Positions 1-10,039 of a stretch of 51,436 nucleotides of DNA are shown here, in pieces. Below the pieces are notes generated by a model. That model searched no databases. It worked only from the letters and a program-made list of their open reading frames with translations, and was not told where the DNA came from. The position numbers and the translations under genes were made by a program. Source of the DNA: Thermoplasmatales archaeon (GTDB lineage Archaea > Thermoplasmatota > E2 > UBA202 > JdFR-43); NCBI GenBank assembly GCA_011052825.1, contig DRIF01000082.1, positions 1-51,436 of the forward strand. Direction: 5' to 3'. The number at the start of each line of letters is the position of its first letter. Position 1 is the first letter of the stretch.

Positions 1-241
1 AATATCCTTCATGCTGCCAGATAAAATCCCTTATTTTTGATAGTGATAAGCCTTCTGCATATAAATGAAGGGTTTTAAGGATAATTTCTTTTGGATAGCT
101 CATATGTTCAAAACCGTCTCTTTCGACAAACCTTCTCCTACAAGAATTACATCTGTATAACTGTTTTTCTACATATTTATTGTATCTTTTTCCAGCCTTT
201 ACTATATCTTCTCCACCACAATATGGGCATTTCATTCCCAT
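1..241 (-). CDS. Transposase N-terminal part (Zn-ribbon + HTH-like, IS1/IS6-type), cut by window edge
   Basis: Hand translation of the minus strand from ATG at 241 (or 235): MGMKCPYCGGEDIVKAGKRYNKYVEKQLYRCNSCRRRFVERDGFEHMSYPKEIILKTLHLYAEGLSLSKIRDFIWQHEGY... It has a CxxC...CxxC ribbon followed by an HTH-like segment and stays open to position 1. It is absent from the ORF track; plus-strand ORF 91..288 is its antisense shadow. Confidence 0.5.
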   Translation of the reverse strand, partial: MGMKCPYCGGEDIVKAGKRYNKYVEKQLYRCNSCRRRFVERDGFEHMSYPKEIILKTLHLYAEGLSLSKIRDFIWQHEGY

Positions 242-338
242 CCCAAAAAGAAAATGAAAAGGGGTTTAAAAATATCACGAAATGTTAGGAATATCGATAT
301 ATAGAAAAGTGTTAATATATGCATTACATAAGCAATTC

Positions 339-962
339 ATGTTTGATTTGCATGTTCATACATGCTATTCTGCAGATGGAAAGGAAAAACCTGAAACAAT
401 AATAAAATATCTGAAAAAGAGGGGATTTAAAGGAATGGCTATTGTTGATCATTCAACTCTTAAAGGTTATTTTAATACAAAAAATTATTCAGATGACTTT
501 TTGATAATACCTGGAATGGAGATAAAAACAGATAGAGGGCATATACTTGCCTTTGGAATAGAAGAAGAAATAAAATGCACTGATGCAGATGAAGTAATAG
601 ATGAGGTTCATGATAAAGGAGGAATTTCAATACTTGCGCATCCCTTCAGATTTTCCTCCCCAAAAATAAAAACTGATGCAATAGAAATATTAAATGGTAG
701 AAGCTTTCCATATCAGAATGAGAAGGCTCGTAAATACGCATTCAAAAAAAATTTGCCATATACCGCAGGTAGCGATGGACATTACATATGGGAAATGGGA
801 AGAATGAAAACTTTCATAGATGCAAATGACGTTGATGAAATCATTGGAAAAATTTTGAGGAGAGAGGTGGAGATAGATGGAGAAATGAATTTCTGGAACC
901 CTGTTAAATCTCAGATTTACTCATTTACATCATTTGTCGGGAGAGGTTTCAGAAGAGTATAA
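339..962 (+). CDS. PHP-domain metal-dependent phosphoesterase
   Basis: MFDLHVHTCYSADG N-terminal PHP signature, later AHPFR and GSDGH motifs. ATG at 339 is preferred over the upstream alternative start at 282. Confidence 0.8.
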   Translation: MFDLHVHTCYSADGKEKPETIIKYLKKRGFKGMAIVDHSTLKGYFNTKNYSDDFLIIPGMEIKTDRGHILAFGIEEEIKCTDADEVIDEVHDKGGISILAHPFRFSSPKIKTDAIEILNGRSFPYQNEKARKYAFKKNLPYTAGSDGHYIWEMGRMKTFIDANDVDEIIGKILRREVEIDGEMNFWNPVKSQIYSFTSFVGRGFRRV

Positions 963-1862
963 TTTTTTATATTCTTTCCATTTCTCATCTAACATCTCTT
1001 TTATCTTAGCAAGTTCTTCTTCTTTTAAATGGCGGAATCTTCCCTGCATTTTGAGCCATTCCTCAACTGGTTTTCTCTCCTTTCCTTCAAGTATTCTCTT
1101 GCTATATCCATTGAATTCCATTTTTCCATTTACAACTTCATATAAAACCCATGCCCCAGTTTCCACAGCAAGCTTTGACATTTCAACTGTTTTACTCATA
1201 TCAAATCTCCATCCTGGGGGGCATGGAGCAAGTATTTCTATGTAGCGAGAACCTTTAATTTCCTTTGCTTTTTTCATTTTATTAAATAAGTCCTCTGGAT
1301 ATGCTATAGTTGCAGTTGCAATATATGGGATGTGGTGAGCCATGACAATTTCTGCAAGCTCTTTCTGCCTTTCTTTCTTTCCTGTCCAGGTTGTCGTTGT
1401 CCATGCACCGTATGGCGTTGCCCCGCTCCTCTGTATGCCTGTATTTGAATACATCTGATTGTTGTAGCATACATAAATGAAATTTGTTCCTCTTTCTAAA
1501 GCCCCAGATAATGCCTGCAATCCAATGTCATAACTCCCTCCATCTCCAGCCCATACAACTGGAGTTATATCTTTCTGCTGGAGCATTTTTAAAGCTGATG
1601 CAACTCCTGAAGCTCCCGCTGCAGATGCTTCAAAAGCAATGTTGAGAATGGGAACATTGAATGCAGTTTTTGGATAAAGAGCTTCAATTACAGCGGTACA
1701 GCATGCAGGGATAACAAGGATAGTTTTTTTACCGAGGGCTTTTAATGCAATCCTTAAAGCAATTGTTATTGGACAACCTGGACATGCTGCATGCCCTTTT
1801 AAGACATACTCATCTAAGGGTAAATCCTTTATTGCCACTATTTCACCTCTAAAGGATACCAT
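930..1862 (-). CDS. porB: 2-oxoacid (pyruvate-type):ferredoxin oxidoreductase, beta (TPP-binding) subunit
   Basis: GHAACPGCP cysteine motif and WAGDGGSYDIG TPP-binding motif. Last gene of a gamma-delta-alpha-beta operon. POR versus VOR cannot be resolved by eye. Confidence 0.8.
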   Translation of the reverse strand: MVSFRGEIVAIKDLPLDEYVLKGHAACPGCPITIALRIALKALGKKTILVIPACCTAVIEALYPKTAFNVPILNIAFEASAAGASGVASALKMLQQKDITPVVWAGDGGSYDIGLQALSGALERGTNFIYVCYNNQMYSNTGIQRSGATPYGAWTTTTWTGKKERQKELAEIVMAHHIPYIATATIAYPEDLFNKMKKAKEIKGSRYIEILAPCPPGWRFDMSKTVEMSKLAVETGAWVLYEVVNGKMEFNGYSKRILEGKERKPVEEWLKMQGRFRHLKEEELAKIKEMLDEKWKEYKKLYSSETSPDK

Positions 1863-2953
1863 CCTTCCTTGCCCCGCTTGGCAAGTTCATAAATTCTCTC
1901 AAAATCTTTATAACTCACATCAACTCCTCCGAGTCCAGCTATAAATCCATATAAATCTTTGCCTGTTTTTTTCATTTCATGATAAACAACTCCTCCAAGA
2001 CCTGGAGAAACATTTCTGTCAATAACAATCATCTTTTCATATTTCAGCTTTTCATATGGAAATGGACGGAAAGTTCTTAAATTAACCAAGCCCACTTTTT
2101 CTCCTCTTTTCCTCAATTCATCAACTGCAAATCTTGCTTCTGCAGAAATTGCGCCCATCGTCACCATAACATAGTCTGCATCATCGCATTTATATTCCTG
2201 AATCAAATCATATTCTCTTCCAAATTTTTTCCCCCATTCTTCACCGACTTCTTCTATAATCTTTTTTGCTCTTTCCATTGCCCTCTGCATTGAATACCTT
2301 ATCTCCATATATGGCTCTGGAGGAACTATATTTCCATGAGTTATTGGATTTTCAACATCTATTTTCCATGCTGGCTTGAACGGAGGTAAAAATTCATCAA
2401 TCTTGCTCTGCTCTGGCACTTCAACAGGCATTGAAGTATGGCTTAGTGTAAAACCATCATATGAAATCATCACAGGGAGCATTACTTCCTCACTTTCCCC
2501 TATTTTATATGCCTGAATTATGTTGTCAAAAACTTCCTGATTACTTGAAGCATAAAACTGTATCCATCCTGTATCACGCTGGGAGAGGGAATCATTCAAA
2601 TCACTCCATATATTCCATCCTGGTCCTATAGCTCTGTTAACATTAACCATTACAACTGGTAATCTCGCCAAACCAGCCCAGTGAAGCATTTCATGCATTA
2701 AAAGCAAGCCATGTGAGGCGGTGGCTGTGAATGTTCTTGCTCCCATGGCAGAGGCACCAATGCATGCCGCCATTGCAGAATGCTCTGATTCAACTCTTAT
2801 GAAATCTGCATTTAACTGCCCACTTTCAACATATTCTGCAAGTCTTTCAACAATTGTTGTTTGAGGCGTTATTGGATATGCTGCTATAACGTGAGGTTTT
2901 GCCATTTTGGCAGCAAGAGCTGAAATATGGTTTGCAGTATCTATAAAAATCAT
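1838..2953 (-). CDS. porA: 2-oxoacid:ferredoxin oxidoreductase, alpha subunit
   Basis: The AAYPITPQT motif is typical of alpha subunits. ATG at 2953 forms an ATGA overlap with the delta subunit stop (read from tcat at 2950-2953). Confidence 0.8.
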   Translation of the reverse strand: MIFIDTANHISALAAKMAKPHVIAAYPITPQTTIVERLAEYVESGQLNADFIRVESEHSAMAACIGASAMGARTFTATASHGLLLMHEMLHWAGLARLPVVMVNVNRAIGPGWNIWSDLNDSLSQRDTGWIQFYASSNQEVFDNIIQAYKIGESEEVMLPVMISYDGFTLSHTSMPVEVPEQSKIDEFLPPFKPAWKIDVENPITHGNIVPPEPYMEIRYSMQRAMERAKKIIEEVGEEWGKKFGREYDLIQEYKCDDADYVMVTMGAISAEARFAVDELRKRGEKVGLVNLRTFRPFPYEKLKYEKMIVIDRNVSPGLGGVVYHEMKKTGKDLYGFIAGLGGVDVSYKDFERIYELAKRGKEGWYPLEVK

Positions 2954-3195
2954 TTTTCCTCCCTCCCCATTTCTATGGCGTTTACAGGACATTCATTTGC
3001 ACATACACCGCATCCCTTGCAGTACTCATAGTCAATAACAGGATATTCATCTCTGCTTATTGCTGAATCTGGACAGAATATCCAGCATCTCCAGCATTTT
3101 ATGCACTTTTCTCTATCCAAGGAAGGTCTGAAAACACGCCATGTTCCTGTCTTGCCCATCGCCCCAACAGTTGGATATGATATAGCTGTTTTCAA
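2950..3195 (-). CDS. porD: 2-oxoacid:ferredoxin oxidoreductase, delta subunit (2x[4Fe-4S] ferredoxin)
   Basis: Two CxxCxxCxxxCP motifs: [12 protein letters not shown] and [12 protein letters not shown]. 81 aa. Confidence 0.85.
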   Translation of the reverse strand: MKTAISYPTVGAMGKTGTWRVFRPSLDREKCIKCWRCWIFCPDSAISRDEYPVIDYEYCKGCGVCANECPVNAIEMGREEK

Positions 3196-3740
3196 AAAAT
3201 CACCTCATTATATGCCTCTTCAGCTGCTTTAGCGTTTTTATCTCCAATTTTCCCAAATCTCTCCTTTATTGCCAACTTTAAATTTTCTATATCAATTCCA
3301 TCCAGAATTTTTGTTAAAGCTCCTGTCATTGGAGTGTTGACAACAGGAATTCCTCCAACAAGTATTTCATTTTTTATTGCTATTGAAGTTGCGTCAACAA
3401 CTGCTGTTCTGTATGGAAAAGAAAAATCTGAAGCGCTTTTGTTTGTATTGAGAAGAATAATTCCATCCTTCTTAATGCCTTCTGCAACATTTATTGCGTC
3501 CATCACACCAGTATCCAAAACAACAACTATATCTGGTTTCTTTATCTGACTCCTCAAAAAAATTTCGTTATCACTTATTCTAGCAAATGCCTTAACTGGA
3601 GCACCTCTCCTTTCTGCCCCAAAAAAAGGAAATGCCTGCACTCCTCTATTTCCACTTTTTAGAGCAGCAGAAGCAATCAAGTTTGCTGCTGTGACAGCAC
3701 CCTGCCCACCTCTTCCATAAAATATTATTTCTTTAAGCAT
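3192..3740 (-). CDS. porG: 2-oxoacid:ferredoxin oxidoreductase, gamma subunit
   Basis: [15 protein letters not shown] motif, 182 aa, 4-nt overlap with the delta subunit. AT-rich TATA-like tract lies just upstream (3741-3790). Confidence 0.85.
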   Translation of the reverse strand: MLKEIIFYGRGGQGAVTAANLIASAALKSGNRGVQAFPFFGAERRGAPVKAFARISDNEIFLRSQIKKPDIVVVLDTGVMDAINVAEGIKKDGIILLNTNKSASDFSFPYRTAVVDATSIAIKNEILVGGIPVVNTPMTGALTKILDGIDIENLKLAIKERFGKIGDKNAKAAEEAYNEVIF

Positions 3741-3957
3741 TTGTTAATGAATGCAAGTATTATTAAAAAAATTTTGGGGGTTATCGTAGATTTTTCAATT
3801 TCCAAAGTTTTTTATGATGAAATCATAGATGACACCAACTCTTATTCAACTGCAAAAACCTCTTCTATAATAAAGCATATGGCATGTAGGAATCTAACTG
3901 AAATTGCTAAAATTTGACGACGCAGAAGAAGTTATATATTCAAAAAAATTTTTATTT

Positions 3958-5301
3958 ATGCATAAAAAATATTTTGCATTGGGAATAGCGTTTTTTATAA
4001 CAGCAAGTATCTCAATTGAAGCAGGATTTATAAAAAATGAAAGAGTAGAAGAAAAAATTATTCTAAAAGATTCTCCAGAATTATACAATTTCATAAATGA
4101 TGGAGTTTTTGAAAAATTGATAATAAAACTGATGAAAATTGCTCACATGCCTTCTCTATCTGCTTTAATTATAAAAGATAATGAGATTTTATGGAGCGAT
4201 GGTTTCGGTCTGTATGATATGGAGAGGAATAAGGAAGCAGATGAAAAAACAATATACTTGGTTGCATCCATATCAAAAACAATAACAGCGACAGCATTAA
4301 TGCAGTTGTATGAAAAAGGTTATTTTGATTTGGATGATAATGTAAACAATTATTTGCCATTTAAATTCAGAAATCCAAATTATCCTGATGAGCCAATAAC
4401 ATTCAGAATGCTTTTAGCCCATCAATCAAGTCTGGCAGAAGATCCATCAACATTTTATGCATATATTCCAGGAGATATGGAGGTGGATGGATATCCATAT
4501 CCATGGCTTGAGGAGTATTTAACTCCAGATGGAATTCTTTACATACCCCATATATGGAGCAATATGCCCCCTGGGGAGGAGATGCAATATGCGAATGTTG
4601 GATATGGATTGCTTGGTTATTTAGTTGAAACAATATCTGGAATGAAATTTGAGAAATACTGCAGTAAAAACATTTTTGAGCCACTTGGAATGGAAAACAC
4701 AAGCTTCAGGTTACGCAATCTTGACATAAGCAGAGTAGCTGTTCCATATTCATTCAGGCTTGGAGAATATTATCCATTTATTCATTATGGAATAATTGTT
4801 TATCCAGCAGGTGGTTTGAGGACGAATGTTGTTGATTTATCTCATTTTTTAATTGCCCATATGAATGGGGGAGTTTATAATGGTAAGAGAATTTTGAGTG
4901 AAGAAAGTGTTGAAGAAATGCACAGAATTCAATATCAAAGCAATAATTATGGATTTCAGTATGGTTTGGGATTTCAGATATGGAAAAGAGGGGATGATGT
5001 TTATATAGGGCATACTGGCGGACTTTATGGAGTAACAACAAAAATGGTCTTCAGAGAATCTGATAAAATTGGAATAATTTTCTTTACAAATAAACAGATT
5101 ATAAATCTGAGAGAGATGATTGCATTTTCATTAATAGAACAACTCCTTTTCTGGAAGGCAACTGGAAATATAGAGGAATTGAAAAAATCAAAAATAGAAG
5201 AAGCAGTTCTTTCAAACATCCACATTATAAAAAATTTTGATAATAACTTCAATATAGAAGATTATCTGCCTGAAATAATTTTTGATATTATACTAAGATA
5301 G
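3958..5301 (+). CDS. Membrane-anchored serine hydrolase, beta-lactamase/PBP (class C-like) family
   Basis: SISKT (SxxK) and YAN motifs plus an N-terminal hydrophobic segment. ATG at 3958 is preferred over TTG at 3904. Confidence 0.75.
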   Translation: MHKKYFALGIAFFITASISIEAGFIKNERVEEKIILKDSPELYNFINDGVFEKLIIKLMKIAHMPSLSALIIKDNEILWSDGFGLYDMERNKEADEKTIYLVASISKTITATALMQLYEKGYFDLDDNVNNYLPFKFRNPNYPDEPITFRMLLAHQSSLAEDPSTFYAYIPGDMEVDGYPYPWLEEYLTPDGILYIPHIWSNMPPGEEMQYANVGYGLLGYLVETISGMKFEKYCSKNIFEPLGMENTSFRLRNLDISRVAVPYSFRLGEYYPFIHYGIIVYPAGGLRTNVVDLSHFLIAHMNGGVYNGKRILSEESVEEMHRIQYQSNNYGFQYGLGFQIWKRGDDVYIGHTGGLYGVTTKMVFRESDKIGIIFFTNKQIINLREMIAFSLIEQLLFWKATGNIEELKKSKIEEAVLSNIHIIKNFDNNFNIEDYLPEIIFDIILR

Positions 5302-6228
5302 AGTTTTATACCACTCTACCATCTCCTTCACAGTTTTTTTCAAATCATATTCTGGGGTATAGCCAAGTTTTTTCTTTGCTTTCTCAAAACTTATTATCCT
5401 GTTTCTCCCAAAAGATTTAACTCTGTATCTTGTTAATGAAAATTCATTTTTTGAAAATTTCTCTGAAAAAATGGAAATTAAATATGCAATAGAATATGGA
5501 ATGTGTTTCTCCTTTAATTCAATATTCATTTCTCTAGTAATTTCTTCAATTAATTCCCTAATTCTGCAGTGAAAACTAACAGCATTGAAAACATCCCCTT
5601 CCTCATCTTTCTCAAGTGCCTTTATCATGCAGGAAGAAGCATCTATTGGATGAGCAATTGAAATAAAGTTTTCTCCATTTCCAATATAAGCAATTTTTCC
5701 ATTTTCAATTCTTTTTAAAATTGTTTCTCCTGCTCTTGCGCCTGCTCCCAGAACAAGAGGGGGGCGGATTACTGAAATTTTCATCTCTGTATATTTTTTT
5801 AAAACATTCTCTCCTTCAAGTTTTGATTTATGATATGCATTCATTGGTTTTTTTGGGCTTTCCTCTGTTAATGGCTCTTTTTTATTTGGAAATCCATATA
5901 CCCCCGCAGAGCTTGTGTATACTATTCTTTGAACTCCTTTCATTCTGCATGCTTCTGCAACATTTTTGGTTCCATTGACATTCACTCTATAAAAATCTCT
6001 TTTTTTCCCTCTATCATCTGCATAGCCAGCATTATGAAAAACTGCGTCAACTTTACTTACAGCAGGAAGCAAGCTTTCAATATCTGTTATATCTCCTCGG
6101 ATAACTTCTGCAAATTCAATTTTAAAATTCCTTCTCGCCAATGCAAAAACTTCATATCCTCTCTCAGCAAGTTTTTTCACCAAGTATCTTCCAATAAATC
6201 CGCTTGCACCTGTAACTAGAACCCTCAT
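5293..6228 (-). CDS. NAD-dependent epimerase/dehydratase (SDR family)
   Basis: VLVTGASGFIGRYL Rossmann GxxGxxG motif and YHKSK (YxxxK) catalytic motif. ATG at 6228. Confidence 0.85.
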   Translation of the reverse strand: MRVLVTGASGFIGRYLVKKLAERGYEVFALARRNFKIEFAEVIRGDITDIESLLPAVSKVDAVFHNAGYADDRGKKRDFYRVNVNGTKNVAEACRMKGVQRIVYTSSAGVYGFPNKKEPLTEESPKKPMNAYHKSKLEGENVLKKYTEMKISVIRPPLVLGAGARAGETILKRIENGKIAYIGNGENFISIAHPIDASSCMIKALEKDEEGDVFNAVSFHCRIRELIEEITREMNIELKEKHIPYSIAYLISIFSEKFSKNEFSLTRYRVKSFGRNRIISFEKAKKKLGYTPEYDLKKTVKEMVEWYKTLS

Positions 6229-6299
6229 TGAATAAAAAAGAATATCAATATTTAATCTCTTGCTCACAAATTATTTATATCACCTTCCCATCCTTCTTC

Positions 6300-6596
6300 A
6301 TGTTTTGCCCTCGATGCAATTCTCTGCTCTATCCAAAAGGAAAGGAACTTGTATGCAAAAAATGCGGTTATACAAAGGAAAAAGACGTTGAAAGAATAAT
6401 TGTTTCAAAGAGAAGAGACCTGAATTCTGCCATAATTGAAGAAGATATGGAGCTTCTCCCGAAAACAAATGTTGTCTGTCCAAAATGTGGAAATAATGAA
6501 GCTTACTGGATTTTGCGCCAGACTAGGGCAGCAGACGAACCAGAAACAAGAATATATACATGTACTAAATGTGGTTATAGGTGGAGGGAATATTAG
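6300..6596 (+). CDS. tfs: Transcription factor S (RNA polymerase subunit M-like cleavage factor)
   Basis: Two Zn ribbons: CPRC...CKKC and CPKC...CTKC, with RQTRAADEPET between them. ATG at 6300. Confidence 0.9.
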   Translation: MFCPRCNSLLYPKGKELVCKKCGYTKEKDVERIIVSKRRDLNSAIIEEDMELLPKTNVVCPKCGNNEAYWILRQTRAADEPETRIYTCTKCGYRWREY

Positions 6597-9298
6597 CCAT
6601 TATTTGATGGCTGGTATGGATTGAATGCTGGATCACCATATAATGTGAATTCATGCAGACACACATATTTTTTATCCAAATATTTTCCATGTTCAAATCT
6701 TGCATTTGTTTTTCCTTCTTCAAGCGGAGGTGTCCACAGAAAAGTTGAGTTTACATCTTTTGGAAGATAAGCATTTTTAGCATTTCTCAAAGCCATTCCA
6801 ACAGTGCTGTCATTCTTCACCAAATCCAGAATAAAATCTTCTGCAACCACTGCTCCAAAGTGTGGCTCTGGATATTCATTTCTGAGCAAAAGGTTAAGAG
6901 ATGCCTTAACAAACCCCTTTGCTCCAAATCCTTTGAATATTAAACCTGGCTCTAAATAGCCAGGGTCAGCTGTTACGCGAGTTGCTCCTATGTATGCATT
7001 CACTCCCGCATGTAGATATGCTTGGCTGAGACAATTTTCAGGTAACAGTCCATCTGTTCTGGCGGTTATACAACTCTCAACAAAAATAACGCTTGGACCA
7101 TAGTCATCATTGACAACATATCTAACTGAATAAGCTCCTTTGCTTGAAAGCCCACTTGCTATTCCCAAAGGCCCTAAAAAGCGAGAAAGCCATGTTATTG
7201 GCGGAAATCCTCGGGAATCAAGCAGAACATCTCCTGATTCATACAAAAAGTATATTCCATGATTGAATACGAATATGAGGTTGCTGTTTCTCTGGTATTC
7301 CCCACCTTTAACATTTCTTTCCCCACTTATAAATTCAATGAGATTCGGAAATGGAATGTTTAATCTGCTTGTATATTTTGCCAAATCTTCGAATCCTTCT
7401 CTTTGGGAAGGTAAAAGATGGGTTCTTCGAACATTATATCCTCCCCTTTCCATATCATCTGCCAATCTTAAATTGATGAAAAAGCTTTCTCCAGTTGGCC
7501 ATTTTGTTGGCTCATGCCCTCCAGTGAGCATGTTTGTGAGAGGTGTAATTAAAGGAATCCATTGAAATTCTAAACCAGCTCCTGTTTGAACAGTTGCATT
7601 CTCTTTCCATTTTCCAAGCTGTTGAATTATTTCATTATAAAATACTGTTCTTGCTATTAAAGCAGAGCAATCCTCAGCATCATATCCAGTTATTCTCCCA
7701 ACAGCATTTTCCTGAAATGGATAGTATGTATATGTATTATTTTCAACATCATCTGGTTTGGGGTCTATATCTCCATATATAAAATCACTTGGAAGCTGAA
7801 TTCCTCCTATGAAATCGCTATCAGGATTATAATAATAATACATCGGAACCATTGTTGGGTCTGCCATTATTGCAATATTTATTGGATTATCTCTGTAATT
7901 CCTCCACAATGCTTCTGTATCATCAGCAGAAATATTCGCTATTTTTGCAAGCAGTGAATTCAATTTCTCATGTATTTTCATAACATGCTGGTTGCATGGT
8001 TCCACCAAACCTTCATTTGTTGATGCATATACAACTCCCTCTACACCAATACTTTCATTTCCAGCAAATGCAAAATCAGTATCTGAAAGTATTATACCTC
8101 TATGGTATGCAGTCAGGTATGGAGCCATTGAAGAAAGATTGTTCATGAGTGGTTGTAGAGGAGAATCAACTTTTTGAACCCTGATTTTTAGAGTGTATTG
8201 TCCATTAGGAGTACCTACTCTTCTAGCTAAAACTTGGGCGGTGTATGTGCCTGGCTTGTTATAAATTATGGTTTCATAATGAATTTTGTCAACAACTATG
8301 TCTCCATTTTCTACCTCAGGTATGCCAGCTGAAGTAGAAGTATACACATATGCCTCATCATCTGGACTGTATATAAGCATAATTAAGTCGTCCCCGAGTT
8401 CACTTACATATTCTGAGTTATCATTTATTAAATCAATGCTGAGGCGTGCATATTTATAATCTTCAGGTATAACAAATTTATTTATACCAAAAAGCCCATC
8501 ATTAAGTCCAGCAATTCCTCCAAAAATTATATTTAGGAGTTGAGCTGGAAGAATGTCAGCAGATGCAGTTACATTCTGAAATTCATAATATGTTTCATTT
8601 AAAACATTAACATTCGTTACATCTAATGGATTTGTAATTGTTACATAATCTATATCTCCAAACTTATTTTTAAGCAAATCTATAATAAAATTATTAATTT
8701 CTTCCTCATTTTCAAATCTCCAAGTCATTGCGTGTCCTTCAAGATTTCCACAAATAAATGTATATTTAACTCCAAGTTTTTTGAGTATACCCCTAATATT
8801 ATTTGTATCATTCGTTACAAAAACAGGTATGTTGAGATAGCTTGCAATTGGAGTTGCAGTTATTCCAAGTTCATACCCATGCTGACTATCTTCTATCAAC
8901 AAAACAGCATCACTTCTTTTCCATATTTTTGAGAGTTCAATTGAAACATTTTCTGGAGCACCTCCTCTTATTTCTTTATATGATGCAGAATAAAAACCCT
9001 TGAATCTTTTTATTGCTTTTGAGGGATTTTTGAAATTTTCCACAAGCAGGGCATTTACATGCTCACCATCTTCATCATAATATAATGCAACGGGAGTTGC
9101 TATTAAAGCATAAAATGGATTGTCTTCACTGACAACAACAGGAATTGCTGACTGTTCTCTCTCTGAATCAATTTTGTCTATGGTTTCCATGCTGAAACCA
9201 CTTACCTCCTCAAATTTTTCGACGCAACCTGTAAAGAGTGGCATAGAAACTGCCAAGGCCACCAGTATTACAAACTTTTTCTTATCCATATCTATCAC
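6593..9298 (-). CDS. Large secreted/lipobox protein with C-terminal clan-CD (peptidase C25/gingipain-like) cysteine peptidase region
   Basis: N-terminus MDKKKFVILVALAVSMPLFTGC (signal + lipobox-like). YGDIDP...AVGRITG, then candidate catalytic dyad FVFNHG ... FVESCITA. Confidence 0.5.
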   Translation of the reverse strand: MIDMDKKKFVILVALAVSMPLFTGCVEKFEEVSGFSMETIDKIDSEREQSAIPVVVSEDNPFYALIATPVALYYDEDGEHVNALLVENFKNPSKAIKRFKGFYSASYKEIRGGAPENVSIELSKIWKRSDAVLLIEDSQHGYELGITATPIASYLNIPVFVTNDTNNIRGILKKLGVKYTFICGNLEGHAMTWRFENEEEINNFIIDLLKNKFGDIDYVTITNPLDVTNVNVLNETYYEFQNVTASADILPAQLLNIIFGGIAGLNDGLFGINKFVIPEDYKYARLSIDLINDNSEYVSELGDDLIMLIYSPDDEAYVYTSTSAGIPEVENGDIVVDKIHYETIIYNKPGTYTAQVLARRVGTPNGQYTLKIRVQKVDSPLQPLMNNLSSMAPYLTAYHRGIILSDTDFAFAGNESIGVEGVVYASTNEGLVEPCNQHVMKIHEKLNSLLAKIANISADDTEALWRNYRDNPINIAIMADPTMVPMYYYYNPDSDFIGGIQLPSDFIYGDIDPKPDDVENNTYTYYPFQENAVGRITGYDAEDCSALIARTVFYNEIIQQLGKWKENATVQTGAGLEFQWIPLITPLTNMLTGGHEPTKWPTGESFFINLRLADDMERGGYNVRRTHLLPSQREGFEDLAKYTSRLNIPFPNLIEFISGERNVKGGEYQRNSNLIFVFNHGIYFLYESGDVLLDSRGFPPITWLSRFLGPLGIASGLSSKGAYSVRYVVNDDYGPSVIFVESCITARTDGLLPENCLSQAYLHAGVNAYIGATRVTADPGYLEPGLIFKGFGAKGFVKASLNLLLRNEYPEPHFGAVVAEDFILDLVKNDSTVGMALRNAKNAYLPKDVNSTFLWTPPLEEGKTNARFEHGKYLDKKYVCLHEFTLYGDPAFNPYQPSNNG

Positions 9299-9595
9299 TC
9301 TTAATACGTTATGTCTTTTTTGCCTATAATAATTTCGCTATGGTGTTTGGCATGAAAAAGAATACGATTCTTTGCTTTATTCAATATCTCTTTTGAGGGT
9401 GGAAAGAATTCATAAGGTATATGAAAAATAGATGTATGGAGAATATAATAAGAGGGGCAAAAGAAAAATAAAAGAGGTATTTTCATTAATAATGAAATTA
9501 AAATAAAATAGATTGCTTGCAGAATTAGAAAATTTGAGAAAAATTTGCGAAAAAATTTAAATAATCAAAATAAATTATACCTCTAACAACAAAAT

Positions 9596-9665
9596 TTATC
9601 TTTTGAGAGGATAATGTTAATTTATCCTTTTAAGAGATAAATGATGTTATCCTTTTAAGAGATAA
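9596..9665. promoter_or_regulatory. Three tandem palindromic TTATC-N9-GATAA sites, 25-26 bp apart
   Basis: ttatcttttgagaggataa (9596-9614), ttatccttttaagagataa (9622-9640) and ttatccttttaagagataa (9647-9665). A weaker copy lies near 9385-9402 and half-sites at 9672-9698. Confidence 0.4.
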
Positions 9666-9724
9666 TCAATGAAGAGATAATAGTTAAAGGGAGATAAGAT
9701 GAGAAAAAAATAGGGAAAATATAT

Positions 9725-10039
9725 GTGTTGTTTGTGGTGGGAGTGTTTATTTTGGGCTTTATGCCTATGAACGGGAAAGCTGAAACATGGAAACAAACAG
9801 ATTCATCAGATTTCCAGGGAGGTGAGTTAGTTGGTGTAAAAATAGAAAGGGGGACATTGAAATTGGATTTTGCACCTTTGGTAGATTGGACAGCTACAGG
9901 AGAAAACGCAGGTGATTACTTTGGCTCTTCAATTTCAACTGCTGGAGATGTGAATGGAGATGGAGTAATAAATATGTTTGATGTAACATATCTTGCAAAA
10001 CATTATTTCAATCAACCAGGATTTGAAGTTTTGAAGTAA
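9725..10039 (+). CDS. Small secreted protein, FG-GAP-like motif joined to a dockerin-like Ca-binding motif (possibly a decayed gene)
   Basis: DYFGSSISTAGDVNGDGVINMFDVTYLAKHY. GTG start. A better signal-peptide N-terminus exists in another frame from ATG 9699 (see finding). Confidence 0.4.
   Translation: MLFVVGVFILGFMPMNGKAETWKQTDSSDFQGGELVGVKIERGTLKLDFAPLVDWTATGENAGDYFGSSISTAGDVNGDGVINMFDVTYLAKHYFNQPGFEVLK

Noticed and set aside
91-288. 65-aa plus-strand ORF at the left edge
   Set aside because: It is antisense to the clearly protein-like Zn-ribbon transposase reading frame (1-241, minus strand).
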